A stretch of 64,000 bases of DNA from an uncultured Pseudomonadales bacterium (GTDB lineage: Bacteria > Patescibacteriota > Microgenomatia > UBA1400 > CAYXSR01), in NCBI GenBank assembly GCA_964467735.1, contig CAYXSR010000003.1, positions 1,078-65,077 on the forward strand. The letters run 5' to 3'. Position numbers and translations under genes: made by a program. The notes beneath the pieces were generated by a model. It did not search any database and had not been told where the DNA came from. It was given only the letters and a program-made list of their open reading frames with translations. Of the stretch, positions 9,829 to 18,532 are shown one piece after another (the stretch's first letter is position 1; every line of letters begins with the position of its first letter).

Positions 9829-10389
9829 TTAAACCATTAATGAAAGAAGGACAAAAAAAGTTGTAACAATATATAAATAAAATTTTTGCTCTTCTAGGGT
9901 TACTTCTCTTTTAACTTGCCAAAAAAGCCAATCAAACCTTTTCCACTTTTTAAAGTCTTGCCATTCTTTCAAAAGAAGATGTAAACCAACACCCATAATT
10001 ACTCCCTTACCCAATAAGTTTGGTGTTGAAGTTAAAACAAAAATTGCTAGCACCAACCAACAAACTTGAAAAAGAACACTTTTAAAAGCTAAATGTCTCA
10101 TTTCATTTTCTTTCGCTTTCAAAATATTGATTCCTTGCTTCCATTTCTTCTGATTAAATAGAAATTTAACTTCTTCGGAAATTTTATTATCTGATTCAGT
10201 AAAATAAACCCAAATTAATTGATCTAGAAGTAAAAAATTCCAACCAATCAATCCACCACTAAACCATAAAAGTATTTTACTAAGATTTGTTAATAAAAAA
10301 GCTGTTGAAAAATAAAGTCCACTCCTAAAAAGAATTTTTAGAAAGATTAATAAAAAATATCCCAAAAACAGGGCAGAATTTCTTTTCAT
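9829..10389 (-). CDS. Hypothetical membrane protein
   Basis: 186-aa ORF with several hydrophobic helices and extended -10 just upstream. Confidence 0.7.
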   Translation of the reverse strand: MKRNSALFLGYFLLIFLKILFRSGLYFSTAFLLTNLSKILLWFSGGLIGWNFLLLDQLIWVYFTESDNKISEEVKFLFNQKKWKQGINILKAKENEMRHLAFKSVLFQVCWLVLAIFVLTSTPNLLGKGVIMGVGLHLLLKEWQDFKKWKRFDWLFWQVKREVTLEEQKFYLYIVTTFFVLLSLMV

Positions 10390-10432
10390 TAAATCTAGTA
10401 TAACAAAAAGAGAATTAAAAGAAAGATTTGCT

Positions 10433-10696
10433 TTATATATAAAAGGGAAATCCAGTCAAACGAAACATTACTAATTCTTGGAGTTGTGGATTTGGTAAAA
10501 TTGGTGTTACACCTTTTTCTACCATTGCTTGTCTCACCTGAAATGCTGCGTCTGACAATTCAGTCAAATCTTGAGCCTCTCGATAACCAACTCTTTCTCC
10601 TTTGCTATTTACCAAAGGAACTAATCCTTGTTCAGCTATAATTAAAGAAAGATCTTGTAGGCCAAATGGACTAAATTCAGATAAATTTAATGTCAT
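10433..10696 (-). CDS. Hypothetical protein
   Basis: 87-aa ORF filling a gap; TGATATAAT 8 nt upstream of ATG. Confidence 0.55.
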   Translation of the reverse strand: MTLNLSEFSPFGLQDLSLIIAEQGLVPLVNSKGERVGYREAQDLTELSDAAFQVRQAMVEKGVTPILPNPQLQELVMFRLTGFPFYI

Positions 10697-11606
10697 AAAC
10701 AGGGATTATATCATATTTCCCGTATTTCTCTATTAAAGCCTTAGTTTTTTTAATATTTTGTTTTTGAACTAACTGATTATTATTCTTAATATTTTTCTTA
10801 ATTAAGGCCGTCGGACCTCCAAAGTTTTTAGGAATAATTAAAATATCGCCTTCTAATACTTTCTTTTCTAACTGCTGATTTTCTCGTTCATTTCTTCCTA
10901 AAATAATCTGTGTTTTTCCTCGCCAAAAATGACGACCAATCCTTAAAAGTTCTATATCTTTCGGCTGACAATCTGGATTTTTCTTAAATAAATCAAGTAG
11001 CTTTTTAGAAAATCCTTTCTCTGTCAAAATACAGCCACCAGCTGGCTGAGGAAAAATTAATTTATATTTCTTAGCTAATTTAAGTTGTTCATATCTTCCC
11101 CTACCTTTTACGAAAAGAAGAAATTCTGACTTTACCCAACCTTTTTCTTCTGGAATTGTCTTTGGTAATAATTTTGCTGAAAGGGGCCTTAATAAAAGTT
11201 CTTTTAAACCAGATTTTTGGGCAATTAAAATCAACGCCTTTTTATTTTGAGAAAAAGGTCTTTCACCTAAAACTTCGCCGGTAGCGACAAAATCAAATCC
11301 TTTTTCTTCCATTACCTTTCTCGCTTTTTTAAGCATTAAAAGATGACAATCAATACATGGATTAGCGGCTGATCCTCTGCTAAACTTTGGTTTCTTAACA
11401 ATTTGAAGGTGCTCTTCAGAAATATCAATTATTCGACAAGGAATTTTTAGCTGTTGACAGGCTTGCTTACCTTTTCTTTCATTAAAAAAACAACTTTTAA
11501 AAACCAAACCAGTAACATCAATATCGCTTTCTTTTAAAAGTTTTGCGGCTAACATTGAATCTAAACCTCCGGAGATTAAAACAAGCGCTTTTCTTTCCAT
11601 CTTCAT
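10677..11606 (-). CDS. PP-loop tRNA sulfurtransferase (ThiI/MnmA-like)
   Basis: SGGLDS, NPCIDCH, ATGEVLGERPFSQ, PAGGCILT. Confidence 0.85.
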   Translation of the reverse strand: MKMERKALVLISGGLDSMLAAKLLKESDIDVTGLVFKSCFFNERKGKQACQQLKIPCRIIDISEEHLQIVKKPKFSRGSAANPCIDCHLLMLKKARKVMEEKGFDFVATGEVLGERPFSQNKKALILIAQKSGLKELLLRPLSAKLLPKTIPEEKGWVKSEFLLFVKGRGRYEQLKLAKKYKLIFPQPAGGCILTEKGFSKKLLDLFKKNPDCQPKDIELLRIGRHFWRGKTQIILGRNERENQQLEKKVLEGDILIIPKNFGGPTALIKKNIKNNNQLVQKQNIKKTKALIEKYGKYDIIPVYDIKFI

Positions 11607-11872
11607 CTAATAACTTTAAAATCTTTAAATCCTTCTGGTTTTTCTTCTTCAATCTTTACATCAGAGACTTGAGCTAATGGTGGGCCTTGCCAACACCATT
11701 CAACCATTTGATTCACTTGTTCTTCATTGCCTTCAAATACAGCTTCCACTCCGCCATTGTGGGCATTTCTTACCCAACCATTAATTCCTAATTTCTCAGC
11801 CTTATGCCGACAAAAAGCCCTAAAACCTACTCCTTGAACCCGACCAATTATAAAAACTTTAACTTTTTTCAT
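11603..11872 (-). CDS. acyP: Acylphosphatase
   Basis: GRVQGVGFR, GWVRN, GPPLAQV. Confidence 0.93.
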   Translation of the reverse strand: MKKVKVFIIGRVQGVGFRAFCRHKAEKLGINGWVRNAHNGGVEAVFEGNEEQVNQMVEWCWQGPPLAQVSDVKIEEEKPEGFKDFKVIR

Positions 11873-12134
11873 TCTTTTTCTCCTTTTTAAGCTGTTGAAC
11901 TTTCCACATAAACAACCTTCCTTTACTTTTAACATTAGTGGCGTCTTTAACAAAATTTTTTGCCCGTTCCAAAATATCCCTTGGTAGCTCTTTGGCCATT
12001 TTAATAAAAAGACTAGCTCGCTTTTCCTCGTCTAACTCACAAGCCAAACGATAACCATAATCCTGAAATTCTCGAGTAATATATTTTTTCTTTGAATAAT
12101 CCCAGGATTTCAATATCTTACCTAAAGATTGCAT
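11859..12134 (-). CDS. Small hypothetical protein
   Basis: Basic helical ORF with EFQDYGYRLA..L and LFMWK; start uncertain. Confidence 0.65.
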   Translation of the reverse strand: MQSLGKILKSWDYSKKKYITREFQDYGYRLACELDEEKRASLFIKMAKELPRDILERAKNFVKDATNVKSKGRLFMWKVQQLKKEKKNEKS

Positions 12135-12214
12135 GCCAGTGATCGTTTTTCTTTTAACCACTCCTCCCTCCAATCTTAATATCTTTTTTAGTATATGATA
12201 CAATACTCACTTGT

Positions 12215-12775
12215 ATGATCAAAGCAATTAACTTAAATCGAGGTTCATTTCTAAATTACAAAAATCGTCCTTACGTTGTTACTGAACGAGAATTTTATTC
12301 TCCCGGCAAAGGTTCAGCAATTGTCCGACTAAAACTTAAAGATGTCAAAACTGGCGTGGTAAACAAAGTTGTTTTTAAGACTACTGAAATGGTTGAAGAA
12401 ATTAGTGTTGAACAACAAGAATTTCAATATCTTTATCAAGGTAATGGTGCTTTTTGTTTTATGAGTCCCCAGACGTTTGAACAAATAGAGATTCCTGAAG
12501 AATTAGTTATTGATGATAAATACTTTCTAAAAGAAGGTGAGACTTATAAGATCCTTTTTTATGAAGATAAACCAATAAAAATAAAACTCCCTTTAAAAAT
12601 GGAAATGGAAGTTACTGAAGCCGAAAATGCTGTTAAAGGCGACACCGTCACTGGAGCTACTAAAGAGGTTAAATTAGAGACTGGACTTGTTATAAAAGTA
12701 CCTCTTTTCATCAAAAAAGGCGAAAAAATTTTGGTTAATACTGAAAATAAAGAATACGTTGGCCGTTCTAATTAG
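12215..12775 (+). CDS. efp: Elongation factor P
   Basis: SPGKGSAIVR, KGDT, LETGLVIKVPLFI. Confidence 0.93.
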   Translation: MIKAINLNRGSFLNYKNRPYVVTEREFYSPGKGSAIVRLKLKDVKTGVVNKVVFKTTEMVEEISVEQQEFQYLYQGNGAFCFMSPQTFEQIEIPEELVIDDKYFLKEGETYKILFYEDKPIKIKLPLKMEMEVTEAENAVKGDTVTGATKEVKLETGLVIKVPLFIKKGEKILVNTENKEYVGRSN

Positions 12776-13817
12776 AAGACCATAAATCTTCTCCGGAGAA
12801 CAAAATTACTTCATCTAGTTTTTTCGAATTACAAAAAATCATTACTAATCGATCTACTCCTAAGGCTACCCCACTACAATCCGGCAAACCAGTTTTTAAA
12901 GCATCAATAAACTCCCAGTCAACTGGATAATCTAGTTTTCCTAATTTTTTGCGTTTCTCAACTTCCTTTTTAAATTGGTCTTTTTGTTCTTGCCAATCAT
13001 TAAGTTCATTGTAGGCATCAGCCAACTCAATCCCAAACATATACAATTCAAAACGCTCTTTTATGCGCGGGTCAGTTTTTTTTGTTTTACTCAACGGCGC
13101 GAATTGGGCTGGAAAATCATAAATAAAAGTAGGTTTTTCTATTCCTAATTTTGGCTCAATAAAAGAAACGTAAAGCCAATTGTAAATTTCTTCCCAGCTA
13201 TCATTATTTCCTGGTCTATAATCTTTTGTTTGAGCAAATTTTAACAGCTTATCTCTATTAAAAAAAATGCATTCATCAACTTTTAAATATTTTTTAAACG
13301 CCTTAACAACTGATAGTCGCTCGAAACTTTGGCTGATATCTAATCTTTTACCTTGATAAGTTATAAATTTTTTATGATTATTTATTAGTCTTATTAGATT
13401 TTCACAATCAGCCATTGTCTTTTCCAAACTATTGCCTAGTCGATACCATTCAAGAATCGTGAATTCTGGACTGTGTAAACTGCTACCGAGATCAGTGTTG
13501 CGAAAGCTTTTAGTTATTTCAAAACAATTACCAACTCCTGCCACCAAAAGTTTTTTTAACCACATTTCTGGAGAGGTGGTTAGAAACGATCGATAAATCT
13601 TACCCTGCTTATTTTTGAGCTGAGTTTCGAAAACTTCTAAATAAGACTCAGGAATTAAGTAAGGTGCCAGCAAAGGTGTCTGAACTTCTAAGAAATTTTC
13701 TTTCTCAAAAAATAAACGAATTTTTTTAAAAATCGCCAATCTTTTTTTGATATTTTCTAGTAAATTGGGATTATTTTGTAATTGTTTCCATGAAGTCATA
13801 AAGTTTTTATTCAACAT
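12768..13817 (-). CDS. epmA: EF-P lysine aminoacylase
   Basis: LTTSPEMWLKKLL, FRN, HSPEFTILEWYR, GLPDCSGVALGVDRL; no anticodon domain; next to efp. Confidence 0.92.
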   Translation of the reverse strand: MLNKNFMTSWKQLQNNPNLLENIKKRLAIFKKIRLFFEKENFLEVQTPLLAPYLIPESYLEVFETQLKNKQGKIYRSFLTTSPEMWLKKLLVAGVGNCFEITKSFRNTDLGSSLHSPEFTILEWYRLGNSLEKTMADCENLIRLINNHKKFITYQGKRLDISQSFERLSVVKAFKKYLKVDECIFFNRDKLLKFAQTKDYRPGNNDSWEEIYNWLYVSFIEPKLGIEKPTFIYDFPAQFAPLSKTKKTDPRIKERFELYMFGIELADAYNELNDWQEQKDQFKKEVEKRKKLGKLDYPVDWEFIDALKTGLPDCSGVALGVDRLVMIFCNSKKLDEVILFSGEDLWSSN

Positions 13818-14223
13818 CCGATAAACTTAATTCCCAACCTAAAGGATTATCCCTTCCGCCAAAGCATTCTCTTAGGAAGGATAATTCCCAACCTTGTAAA
13901 AGACCAATATCAACCCTATCTGCATTGGTTGATTCTAGAATATTAGCTCCTTGCATAGCCAAAACCTCCTCTATGGGAGTTCCAGCACTAACACCTGAAG
14001 GAAATGCAACTGCCCAACGATCTCCATCTAAATCAAAGGGGCCTCTAGAATAAATTAAGGAAAAATCTACATCTAAAATTGAAGGTTTACCATGAAGAAT
14101 AGATCCGGGTAAAACACACATTATATAATATGGAGAAATTATAAATTCAGGAGTTAAATGCGGACAACCTGCCTGATCAAGAGCTTCTAAAATGCCAACA
14201 TTTTCTGGTTTTACTTTAGCCAT
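13807..14223 (-). CDS. Hypothetical protein
   Basis: 138-aa ORF; TGATATAAT 7 nt upstream of ATG. Confidence 0.6.
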   Translation of the reverse strand: MAKVKPENVGILEALDQAGCPHLTPEFIISPYYIMCVLPGSILHGKPSILDVDFSLIYSRGPFDLDGDRWAVAFPSGVSAGTPIEEVLAMQGANILESTNADRVDIGLLQGWELSFLRECFGGRDNPLGWELSLSDVE

Positions 14224-14235
14224 GCCAGTATTATA

Positions 14236-14874
14236 TCACTGGAGTTTCTTTTGAAGTAAATCAATCACTTCTTTATCGTCTACCTGAGGAAAATTCTCAT
14301 AAAATTGACCAACCGCAAAAAAATCGCTCGGTGTTTCTAAAACAACTACTTCATCAGCTTCTTTCTCCAATTTATGAAGGGTATCAATAGGAGCCACTGG
14401 TAAAGCAATCACTACTTTTTTCGGCTCATTATTCCAAACTTCTCTTATGGCGGCAATTGCCGTTGCACCTGTAGCTGTCCCATCATCAACAATAATAACA
14501 ACCTTTTCTTTTAAATTTAGGGGAGGTTTTGTTTGACGATACAAAGTCTCTCTTCTTTTAATCTCTTCCTTTAACTTCTCGCTTTGTTCTTTAAGATACT
14601 GCTGACTTACTCTTAGCTCACTAATTAATTTTTCATCTAGGTAACTACTTCCTTTTGTTTCTCCAATTGCGCCAATTGCCAACTCTTGTTCATTAGGAGC
14701 TCCAATTTTTTTAACTACAATAATATCCAAAGGACAATTTAATTCCTGAGCAATTCTTTTGGCAGTTACCACCCCTCCTCTTGGGATACCCAAAACCACC
14801 ACATTTTCTTTTGCTTTGTAGTGGTTTAGTTTTTCTGCCAATTGTTGACTAGCTTCTTGTCTATTTTTAAACAT
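14236..14874 (-). CDS. Phosphoribosyltransferase family protein
   Basis: F.NR..A, GIPRGG, VIIVDDGTATGAT. Confidence 0.9.
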   Translation of the reverse strand: MFKNRQEASQQLAEKLNHYKAKENVVVLGIPRGGVVTAKRIAQELNCPLDIIVVKKIGAPNEQELAIGAIGETKGSSYLDEKLISELRVSQQYLKEQSEKLKEEIKRRETLYRQTKPPLNLKEKVVIIVDDGTATGATAIAAIREVWNNEPKKVVIALPVAPIDTLHKLEKEADEVVVLETPSDFFAVGQFYENFPQVDDKEVIDLLQKKLQ

Positions 14875-14877
14875 TTT

Positions 14878-16197
14878 TTAACTGAAAAGAGCCATTTGCT
14901 CTTTTTGTTCATTTAGGTCTTGGTTTTCTGATTCAGTTTGCCAAATTTTAACTATCCCAAAAACACCATCAAAACCAGGTTTGATAACAATATTTCCTTG
15001 TCTAACCTTATCAATTCCTTCAGCAATTTTAGGATTACTTACCAAGATAATTTCTTCGGTATTTATTTGGGTTAGAATTTCGAATTCAGATTTAAAACTT
15101 TTTATTAACTTTTCGTACTCGTTTTTAACTCTTTGACTTGATACAGTAGAACTTAATGCCTCTGCAATTATTTCTAATAAAGGAACTAACATTACATATG
15201 GTGGTCTTGATTTATCGTTTTTATTATAGATTCCTAACAATCCTGAATTATTACTTTGCTTTGCTAATTCCACTTTGTTATCCTCTGCTAATTGATCAAC
15301 TCGATACATTACTCCCAAAGTTAATGGTCGACCACAAACAGGACAACTCATACCTTTCTTCTCTACGTCTTCTGAACCATAGGTTACTCCACAATTACGA
15401 TGGCCTGAATAATGATATTTTCCTTCTTCTGGATAAAACTCTATTGTATAAAGAATCCTATTATTGCTTTTTTCTTTCAAATCTAAAGCCTTGCTCAAAG
15501 AAGAAAAACTAAGCTTTTCTAAATCGAAAATTGTCAATTCTCTGCCCATTTTGGCTGGACTATGAGCATCAGAAAAGGAAACAATTGATCGATCTTCTAA
15601 ATCTTTTATTCGCCAGTTCATTGCTGGATCACTAGAAAGACCAGTTTCTATGGCCAAAATTTGACCAGTAAAGTTACCAAAACACTCTTCTATTGAATCA
15701 AAACCGGATTTAGATCCATATAAAGAAAACCACGGTGTCCAGACATGAGCTGGAATTATTAATGCCTTTTTATCAATTGACCAAACCAATTCTGCTAAAG
15801 CCATACTAGATAACCCTATAATCGGTCGACCGTCACTCATAAGATTACAGCCGCGTTTTATAAGTTCACTATTTATCTTACGCACTGTATCAAAAGAAGG
15901 CGCTAGAACTAAATTATGGATTCGGCGAACCTGTCCTCCTTGAGAATAGATTGAAGAAATTTCTGTAGAAAGAATAAATTTAACTTCTTTATTGTCTTTT
16001 AATTGAAAAATCCCCTCTTCTACTTCCTCCAACTGACTTTCTATTTCCTTTAACCATAAAGGATGGGTCCAATCAGCTGTTGCCAAAAGATTTATTCCTT
16101 TTTTCTGGGCCCATTCTGCCATAATAGGTAGTTCCATTTGTTTAGACACTGCCCTTGAGTATTTAGAATGTAAGTGGAGATCAGCGATTATTTTCAT
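14878..16197 (-). CDS. PHP-domain endonuclease Q-like protein
   Basis: ADLHLHSKYS, IPAHVWTPW, ETGLSSD, SDAHS, EGKYH, CPVCG, PGFDG. Confidence 0.85.
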   Translation of the reverse strand: MKIIADLHLHSKYSRAVSKQMELPIMAEWAQKKGINLLATADWTHPLWLKEIESQLEEVEEGIFQLKDNKEVKFILSTEISSIYSQGGQVRRIHNLVLAPSFDTVRKINSELIKRGCNLMSDGRPIIGLSSMALAELVWSIDKKALIIPAHVWTPWFSLYGSKSGFDSIEECFGNFTGQILAIETGLSSDPAMNWRIKDLEDRSIVSFSDAHSPAKMGRELTIFDLEKLSFSSLSKALDLKEKSNNRILYTIEFYPEEGKYHYSGHRNCGVTYGSEDVEKKGMSCPVCGRPLTLGVMYRVDQLAEDNKVELAKQSNNSGLLGIYNKNDKSRPPYVMLVPLLEIIAEALSSTVSSQRVKNEYEKLIKSFKSEFEILTQINTEEIILVSNPKIAEGIDKVRQGNIVIKPGFDGVFGIVKIWQTESENQDLNEQKEQMALFS

Positions 16198-16250
16198 TGG
16201 TCCCATTTTATCACAAAAGAAAAGCCAGAAATGATAAAATGATTTAATCA

Positions 16251-17423
16251 ATGAAAAAAAAAGCTTTAATTTTTACCAGTACGTGTGGACATTTAAGTCT
16301 TGCTAAAGCTATTGGAGATATTCTTAAACAAAACAATTGGCAACCAGAATTAGTTGATCTTATAAACAATCAAAGTGATTTTTCTCATAATACTGATGTC
16401 TTTTATAAATCTTTTTATTTATATTTTCCTTCTTTATTTAAAATTCCTTTCAAATTTAGCCAACAAAAATTTCTCCAAAAAGAGATTAAAAATTTTCTCA
16501 AAAGAAATTATCAAAAAACCATTGAAGAAAAACTTAATAAAATCCAACCTAACTTAATAATTACTACTTATTTTGCTTATAACTATCCCTTGGTAAATAT
16601 TATTAAACAAAAAGTTCCTTTTTTAAATATTCCCGCCGATCCCCTTACTTTTCATCCTTTGGAAATAGAACCCCAAGCAGATTTTAATTTTATTTATGAT
16701 AAACAAGCCAAAAAAATCTGCCAGAAGCTAGGAGTTTCTGATGAGAAAATAAAAGTCTCCGGCTGGTTTGTTCAAAAAAAATTCTATAACACTAAGCCAG
16801 ATAAAAAACTTTTGAAAATTTTAAATTTTAAATCAAACGTTTTAACCATTCTTATTTGTGGGGGATCTGAAGGAGCAAATTCTATTTTAAAAATTATACC
16901 CATTCTTTTAGTCACTAAAAAACCTCTCCAATTGATTGTCGTCTGTGGTAATAATGCTGTTCTTTTTAAAGCTTTAAATAGTTTCAAAAAAACGTTTATT
17001 AAGATTCCTTCTGGTTTGTCCAAAAATAGAATCAAGCTAAAAATAATTCAAAAAACTAACAAAATGGCTGATTTTATGGCGCTGGCTGATCTTGTAATTG
17101 GTAAGGCTGGCCCAAATCTTTTATTTGAATCAGTAGCTAGTGGTAAGCCTTTTTTTGCTATTTGTCATATTAGCGGCCAAGAAGATGGCAATTTAGAAAT
17201 TATTAGAAAGAAAAAACTTGGCTTTGTTGAAGAAAATCCTTTAAGAGCGATTACTCTTCTTAAAAAAATTATTGACAATCCAACAGTTCTCCATCGGTTT
17301 CAGAAAGAAGTTAAAAAAGAACGGCAACGGAATCAACAGGCAGAAAAAATCCTAATGGAAACAATTAATTCTCTTCAGCTACCATTAAGCCGCCAAAACT
17401 CAACAAATACGAAGATAAAATAA
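16251..17423 (+). CDS. GT28 glycosyltransferase (UgtP/MGDG synthase-like)
   Basis: GH..A, CGGS.G, CGNN, MALADLVIGKAGP, GQEDGN. Confidence 0.85.
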   Translation: MKKKALIFTSTCGHLSLAKAIGDILKQNNWQPELVDLINNQSDFSHNTDVFYKSFYLYFPSLFKIPFKFSQQKFLQKEIKNFLKRNYQKTIEEKLNKIQPNLIITTYFAYNYPLVNIIKQKVPFLNIPADPLTFHPLEIEPQADFNFIYDKQAKKICQKLGVSDEKIKVSGWFVQKKFYNTKPDKKLLKILNFKSNVLTILICGGSEGANSILKIIPILLVTKKPLQLIVVCGNNAVLFKALNSFKKTFIKIPSGLSKNRIKLKIIQKTNKMADFMALADLVIGKAGPNLLFESVASGKPFFAICHISGQEDGNLEIIRKKKLGFVEENPLRAITLLKKIIDNPTVLHRFQKEVKKERQRNQQAEKILMETINSLQLPLSRQNSTNTKIK

Positions 17424-18346
17424 AATAAAATAAGCAGTGCTCCTTCCCAACGTTCGAGCTTCTTTTTTGTCCGGACAAAAAACCAGAAAATAGCAAAAAT
17501 TAATACAAAAGCTACACTCGCTAGTAAATAAACTTTAAAGCCTCCATCTAAATATATTGGTCTAATTAAAGCTGTTAAACCTAAAATTAATGTAGAATTA
17601 GCCACAATACTTCCCAGTAAGTCTCCAAAAACCATACTCACTTGTTTTTTAGTTATTGCTCTTAATTCAAAAGATAACTCTGGCAAACTTGTCCCAACAG
17701 CAACTAAAAAAAGACCAATTAACATAACCGGAACTCCAAAGCTTCCGGCTAGTAATACCGCTATTTTTACAAGATTATCAGCACTAAAAATCAAAAGCGC
17801 CGCTCCAAAAAAAATCCAAGCTAGGTGACGCTCAACATGATTATATCCAATTCTGCGTAAAAACTTTCTAGGACTGGTCTTTCTTTTTAAAGCTCTTCTC
17901 TCGCTTCTTAAAAGAGTAAAATTATATACTCCATAAATTGTTATTAACAATAAACCTTCTACTTGGGTTAATTTATCATCCATTAATAAAAGCAAAGGTA
18001 GAATTCCTGCCAAAAAAGCATAAAAAATATCCTGTTTTAAAAAATCTCCCACTACCGCAACAGAGCCGCCAACTAAAGCTGCTCCGCCAATTACTAAAGA
18101 AACATTGGCAATATTTGAACCCAAAATATTTCCCAAAGCTAAATTCTGTTGTCTTTCCAAAGCGGCGGTAATGCCAACAAAAAGCTCAGGAAGAGATGTC
18201 GCTAAAGCCAGTAAAAAAGAAGTCAGGGCAAATTTATCAATTCCAGAGGCTCTTGATAAACGATTTAAAGCTCCTACTAAAATTTCGGTCGATTTTATAA
18301 GTAAAAAAGAAAAGAAAACCATTAAAAGCAAATAAACTAAAAGCAT
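17375..18346 (-). CDS. Na+/Ca2+ exchanger family (YrbG-like)
   Basis: Two alpha repeats ATSLPEL...GNILGSN and GTSLPEL...GDLLGS. Confidence 0.9.
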   Translation of the reverse strand: MLLVYLLLMVFFSFLLIKSTEILVGALNRLSRASGIDKFALTSFLLALATSLPELFVGITAALERQQNLALGNILGSNIANVSLVIGGAALVGGSVAVVGDFLKQDIFYAFLAGILPLLLLMDDKLTQVEGLLLITIYGVYNFTLLRSERRALKRKTSPRKFLRRIGYNHVERHLAWIFFGAALLIFSADNLVKIAVLLAGSFGVPVMLIGLFLVAVGTSLPELSFELRAITKKQVSMVFGDLLGSIVANSTLILGLTALIRPIYLDGGFKVYLLASVAFVLIFAIFWFFVRTKKKLERWEGALLILFYFIFVFVEFWRLNGS

Positions 18347-18399
18347 ATTCTTATAGTAGCAAATTTTTTAATCTTTAAAAACAGCCGTCTTTTTTGGAC

Positions 18400-18507
18400 A
18401 AAAAAAAGACCCTCATTTCCCCAGCTAAGTAACTAACTTGTGTTCTTCTCGCTTTTCAGCAAGAAAAAAACAAATCAGCACTCGCCGATCAATGGGAAAT
18501 AAGGGCC
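18400..18507 (-). ncRNA. ~100-nt rod-like RNA hairpin plus U8 tail in the 3' trailer of the vWA gene
   Basis: About 43 bp in four helices, GAAA tetraloop, many G-U pairs only on the minus strand. Confidence 0.7.
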
Positions 18508-18520
18508 ATCAATAAAGATC

Positions 18521-18532
18521 TACGGGAAAACT
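18521..18532. repeat. 12-bp inverted repeat, copy 1 (TACGGGAAAACT)
   Basis: Exact reverse complement of 20444-20455; abuts the stop codon of the vWA gene. Confidence 0.8.

Noticed and set aside
18400-18507. Integron attC or IS/MITE end
   Set aside because: No RYYYAAC/GTTRRRY ends, no target duplication, no second copy in the window; G-U pattern favours RNA.
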